The notes below the pieces were generated by a model that was not told where the DNA came from, ran no database searches, and worked only from the letters and a program-made list of their open reading frames with translations. From a virus (lineage: Duplodnaviria > Caudoviricetes): a DNA stretch of 46,131 nucleotides. The position numbers and the translations under genes were made by a program. Where the stretch lies: positions 1 through 46,131 of the IMG/VR virus record IMGVR_UViG_3300048576_000591, one strand, 5' to 3'. Positions 44,893-46,131 of this stretch are shown in pieces; positions within the stretch are counted from its first letter, which is position 1, and every line of letters starts with the position of its first letter.

Positions 44893-46131
44893 ATGACGGT
44901 TTACCAGGACAGACGCCGCGGAATTTGGCGATATGACTTTTGGAAGGGTGGCGTGCGTCACGTCGCGGACTGCCCTCCTGACGTCAAATCGAAGCGCGCC
45001 GCTGCCCAGGTGGAAGCCGCCGCCCGCCTGCGGCTCCACATCGAACCGAAGATTCCCGAACCGACGGCGGTCACGCTAAATTCCGTTGCCGACCAGCTCG
45101 CCGCGCAATGGAACCGCGGCCGCAACGTCGCGAACAACAGATGCTATGTCGCCGAGATCCTCGGCCGGTTCGGCGACATGCCAGTTCAAGAGATCGGCAC
45201 CAGCGAGATTTCCGCCTACATCGACTGGGCGCTGGCACAGCCCCTCAAGCGCTGGTGCGGTGAAACGAAGGGGTATGTCGACGGCGACACGAAGCGGAGC
45301 CCAGCGACGGTGAACCGATACCTCGTCCCGCTCCGCCAAATGCTGAAACGCGCGGCCAAGATGCGCGACGGGGTGACGGGCCGGCCGATTCTGTCAGACC
45401 CGCCGGAGGTTCCCGAACTGGCGGCGCCGAAGCGAATCCCTCGCCCCGTTCCGGATGCGGTCGCGACCCGGTTGCTCGAGATCCTTCCGGAGCACGTTCG
45501 CGACGCCATGACCCTGACGCTCTTTTTCGGCTTCCGGCGAGACGAAGTGTTCGGCCTGACCGTCGCGCACATCGATCGCGACGCCGGCGGCCTCCGTCTC
45601 CCAGCCGAAATGGTGAAGGCCAATCGCGACGAATTCCTCCCCGGCGCGCCCGCCGCCATGGCGCTCCTGACCCGGCTGGCCCGGCAGGCAGCAAAGCGCG
45701 GGGTGCCCAATCTGATATCGTGGCGGCATGGCCATGACGGCGAATGGAAGCCGCTGGCGAGCCCCAAGCGGGCCTGGGCGACGGCCATGAAGGTCATCGA
45801 GAAAGAGTTCGGCCAGAAATGGCGCTGGCACGACCTTCGGGCGGCCTACATCACGCACCTGGCGCTGACCGTAAACTCGGGCCGCATTGTGCAAGCGATG
45901 GCGCGGCACAAAGACTTTTCCACGACGCAGCGATATATTGCGGTGACCGAGGAGGTCATGGCACAAGCTGCGAAGCAGGCCGCTACTCACCCTGCCCTTA
46001 TCGCCAAGAAGTCCCACACCGCAGTCCCACACAAAGCCGGAAAGCGATCTGGAAACCGAGACGAAAAAGCGGGGAAAGTAGCGAAAATTCACGTGCTTAC
46101 TGGAAAAAGACCCCGTAGCTCAGCAGGATAG
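44893..46131 (+). CDS. int: Tyrosine integrase
   Basis: SPATVNRY; GFR..E; HDLR; RH.....T.RY catalytic residues. Confidence 0.93.
   Translation: MTVYQDRRRGIWRYDFWKGGVRHVADCPPDVKSKRAAAQVEAAARLRLHIEPKIPEPTAVTLNSVADQLAAQWNRGRNVANNRCYVAEILGRFGDMPVQEIGTSEISAYIDWALAQPLKRWCGETKGYVDGDTKRSPATVNRYLVPLRQMLKRAAKMRDGVTGRPILSDPPEVPELAAPKRIPRPVPDAVATRLLEILPEHVRDAMTLTLFFGFRRDEVFGLTVAHIDRDAGGLRLPAEMVKANRDEFLPGAPAAMALLTRLARQAAKRGVPNLISWRHGHDGEWKPLASPKRAWATAMKVIEKEFGQKWRWHDLRAAYITHLALTVNSGRIVQAMARHKDFSTTQRYIAVTEEVMAQAAKQAATHPALIAKKSHTAVPHKAGKRSGNRDEKAGKVAKIHVLTGKRPRSSAG
46010..46032 (+). repeat. Direct repeat AGTCCCACAC x2, probable integrase arm-type sites
   Basis: At 46010-46019 and 46023-46032, about 80 bp before the tRNA. 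Confidence 0.65.
46109..46131 (+). tRNA. 5' end of a tRNA (probably Arg), truncated by the window; likely att core
   Basis: GACCCCG-TA-GCTC-AGCAGGATA-G matches acceptor strand, T8A9 and D-arm; anticodon not visible. Confidence 0.7.

Larger units (their letters stand above)
1..46131. mobile_element. Temperate siphovirus-like prophage; right junction at a tRNA, left junction not visible
   Basis: Lysis, tail, head, packaging, replication, cI/cro, recombination and int/xis modules in lambdoid order. Confidence 0.97.

Overview
The window is almost entirely one GC-rich temperate siphovirus-type prophage, most likely of an alphaproteobacterium (DUF2312/GapR, DUF2280 TerS, DUF1376 initiator, GTA-like tail chaperone). 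The minus strand (1-32823) carries, in transcription order: cro, a DnaA-domain-IV-like HTH, a GapR homolog, an MTase, an HNH, the replication initiator, a NusG-type antiterminator, a GIY-YIG nuclease, a split Dam methylase, terminase, portal, head, tail, a long mosaic tail-tip protein and the lysis cassette. The plus strand (32906-46131) carries cI, an early operon of small genes, ERF/SSB/NinB recombination genes, ParB-like, J-domain and ASCH proteins, then excisionase and a tyrosine integrase that reads into the 5' end of a tRNA (probable att site). Highlights: a portal protein fused to an Acb1-like 2H phosphoesterase (candidate virion-borne anti-CBASS enzyme); an outer-membrane beta-barrel moron with a divergent RHH gene and repeated GATATC operators; a structured RNA candidate upstream of the split dam; DnaA-like domains split over two phage genes next to a perfect DnaA box; a G GGA AAA tail-chaperone frameshift; and four small transmembrane peptides, three missing from the ORF track. 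All family calls come from motif recognition and synteny, not database searches.
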